Below, piece by piece: positions 62,398-64,000 of a DNA stretch of 64,000 nucleotides. A program made the position numbers and the translations under genes. Source of the stretch: an uncultured Alphaproteobacteria bacterium. Its GTDB lineage: Bacteria; Pseudomonadota; Alphaproteobacteria; Micropepsales; Micropepsaceae. The notes under the pieces are model-generated. The model had not been told where the DNA came from. It made no database searches and was given only the letters and a program-made list of their open reading frames with translations. Numbering within the stretch: position 1 is the stretch's first letter; every line of letters begins with the position of its first letter. The stretch spans positions 96,310 through 160,309 of the forward strand of contig CAWEXK010000014.1 in the NCBI GenBank assembly GCA_963812975.1, given 5' to 3'.

Positions 62398-62951
62398 ATG
62401 GATTGGAAAGCATTCTCCCCGTTCCTGGTCCCGCTTCTCGTGGCAGCAATTCTCGTTCGTCGCGCAATGCGGCCCCAAAAAGCGCGCACAGTCCGCTTTC
62501 AGCGCCTGTGGATCTTTCCAACGCTTCTTCTCGTCGTCACGGCCATGTCGCTGGAGCACGAACCGGCGCCGGGGATCGGCGCGATCGCGGCGTTTGTGGT
62601 GGCCGCCTGCGCGGGCGCCGGGATCGGCTGGTTCCGGGTGCACACGCTGGAGTTCAGCGTGGATTCAGAAAGCGGGAAAGTCTCCGCGCGGGCCGACGCA
62701 GCTCTGGCGCATTGCTCATCGTCGGATTGATAGCGTTGCGCTATGGCGCCGATCTGGCACTCAAGAAACTCGGCCTGGATGCCGGCGCGAACCTGGTCCA
62801 TGCGACGGATGCAATGCTGCTTTTTTCTACTTCGATGCTGGTCGCCCGCAGCGTGCATACCTGGAAGCGCGCGCGCGCCCTTCTGGACGCTCAGCGACGG
62901 CCGGCGGTGGCGAGCGACCCCCAGCCCCCCGCCCATTCAGGGCAAATCTGA
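62398..62951 (+). CDS. CcdC/DUF1453-like membrane protein (frameshift near 62700)
   Basis: RLWIFP, G.GIGWFR..TL, several TM helices across ORFs 62398..62730 and 62331..62951. Confidence 0.65.
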
Positions 62952-63065
62952 TGCGGCGGCGCTGATGGCGACACGAGAGGCTCGTGTTGCGAAGCGCGGA
63001 TCGTATAAGGTTCGACCCGTTGGCGCGCAAAACAATTCTGAAGAAACAACGTGCGAGCCCTCATC

Positions 63066-63401
63066 ATGCTGAAATTCAGTCACATTGGGATTCCCACCGA
63101 CGCGCCCTTCGAAGGGGAAATCGATCTGCCGCATCTGAAGATCACGGTGAGCGACCACGCGAACAATCCATTCGGGATTCAATGGCAGCGCTACTGGCCG
63201 GATGCGCCCTGTCCCGAGCTCGTCAAGCGTGTGGCGCATGTGGCGTTCGAGGTCGATGACCTCGATTCGGCGCTCCAGGGCCGAAACGTCATCATCACGC
63301 CGAACAGCCCAAGCAAGGGCGTTCGCGTGGCGTTCATCGAGGTGAATGGAGCCCCCGTTGAGCTGTTGGAGATCGACCACACGATTCGCCCCGATCTCTG
63401 A
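63066..63401 (+). CDS. VOC-fold hypothetical protein
   Basis: HIGIPT, HVAFEVDDLD, VRVAFIE..GAPVELLE. Confidence 0.75.
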   Translation: MLKFSHIGIPTDAPFEGEIDLPHLKITVSDHANNPFGIQWQRYWPDAPCPELVKRVAHVAFEVDDLDSALQGRNVIITPNSPSKGVRVAFIEVNGAPVELLEIDHTIRPDL

Positions 63402-63445
63402 ACCAGTGCGGATCGCGGGCAGTGGTACAGTTTGACCATCTGGCA

Positions 63446-63883
63446 TCAGCTTTGACCCGCATTTTGTCTGAGTTGCTGCAAGATGCTCAGCCGGTCCGCG
63501 ACCTGCCAGTGGCCCATAATGCTGTTCGCTTCGTCGAAGTCGTAGATGGTTAGTCCGGACATAGTGAGACGTGCCCCAGTCGCGGAAAAGCCCGCAATTT
63601 CGCCTTTGTGAGACGCTGCCCATGTCCAGGCAATTGCCACGGCATTTCCATCCTCAACAATCGTTTCGAGCGTGAACCGCTGATCGGGGACAGGCGCGCG
63701 CGAAAGTCGCACGCGTTCTTTGAAGCCCGAAAGGCTAAGGGTTTGGCCGTCCCATGGATCACCTGGATCGTGCCGTACGGTGTAGGTTGCGCCAATAAAG
63801 TTGTCGCATGCTTCTATGCGTCCTTGCGACCAAACCTCCTCAATGAAGGAAATCAGCAACCGCTTTCGTTCGCCAAACGCCAT
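63446..63883 (-). CDS. SnoaL-like ester cyclase (NTF2 fold)
   Basis: FIEEVWSQG, PDQRFTLE.IVEDG, SHKGE..GFSATG, IMGHWQVADRLSILQQL. Confidence 0.85.
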   Translation of the reverse strand: MAFGERKRLLISFIEEVWSQGRIEACDNFIGATYTVRHDPGDPWDGQTLSLSGFKERVRLSRAPVPDQRFTLETIVEDGNAVAIAWTWAASHKGEIAGFSATGARLTMSGLTIYDFDEANSIMGHWQVADRLSILQQLRQNAGQS

Positions 63884-63884
63884 T

Positions 63885-64000
63885 CTATCTATTCCGCGGC
63901 TGAGCCGCTTCCCAGTCCTCCACCACCTTCACCATATCAGACATTTCGCAAAGTTTGGGAGTAGTGCCTGCTGCCATTGCGGGAGTGACCTTGAGCGTCT
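63885..64000 (-). CDS. C-terminal fragment of an IS1-like DDE transposase (partial)
   Basis: Manual translation: TLKVTPAMAAGTTPKLCEMSDMVKVVEDWEAAQPRNR*. The TPAMAAG tail is typical of IS1-like transposases (recalled, not searched). Confidence 0.6.
   Translation of the reverse strand, partial: TLKVTPAMAAGTTPKLCEMSDMVKVVEDWEAAQPRNR

Larger units (their letters stand above)
63418..64000 (-). mobile_element. Probable end of an IS1-like element with a passenger gene (truncated by the window edge)
   Basis: Candidate terminal IR GGCAGTGGTACAGTTTGA at 63418-63435, drop in GC from there on, transposase-like C-terminus at 63885-64000. Confidence 0.5.

Overview
A GC-rich (roughly 65% by eye) alphaproteobacterial chromosome segment. 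Gene order and protein style suggest a Rhizomicrobium/Micropepsales-like or related lineage, which is an inference. Core loci are rpsT-rhodanese-dnaA-dnaN-recF-gyrB, mutM/ubiE-ubiB, coaBC-dut, rpmG, rnr-topA-dprA-plsY-pyrC-pyrB-ruvX, gatCAB, slt/dapA-smpB and udg-NYN/folK. These are interleaved with accessory lipid and redox metabolism genes, a VapBC-type toxin-antitoxin pair, one complete ISAs1-family element, and the end of an IS1-like element at the right edge. Many essential genes are split by single-base indels, mostly at 42-63 kb. These look like uncorrected long-read errors, so I report them as single CDSs rather than pseudogenes. Best leads: (1) an ISAs1 element inserted exactly into the hairpin of a ~100-bp REP-like element, with an intact sister copy elsewhere in the window; (2) a GlpD / lipid kinase / alkyl-DHAP-synthase-like module that could be an ether-lipid (alkylglycerol) salvage pathway; (3) an IS1-like element apparently carrying a SnoaL passenger gene; (4) a CxxC-containing uORF plus hairpin leader upstream of a MATE pump; (5) a protamine-like 58-aa protein in a highly structured locus. 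No CRISPR array, rRNA or tRNA was seen. No database searches were run.
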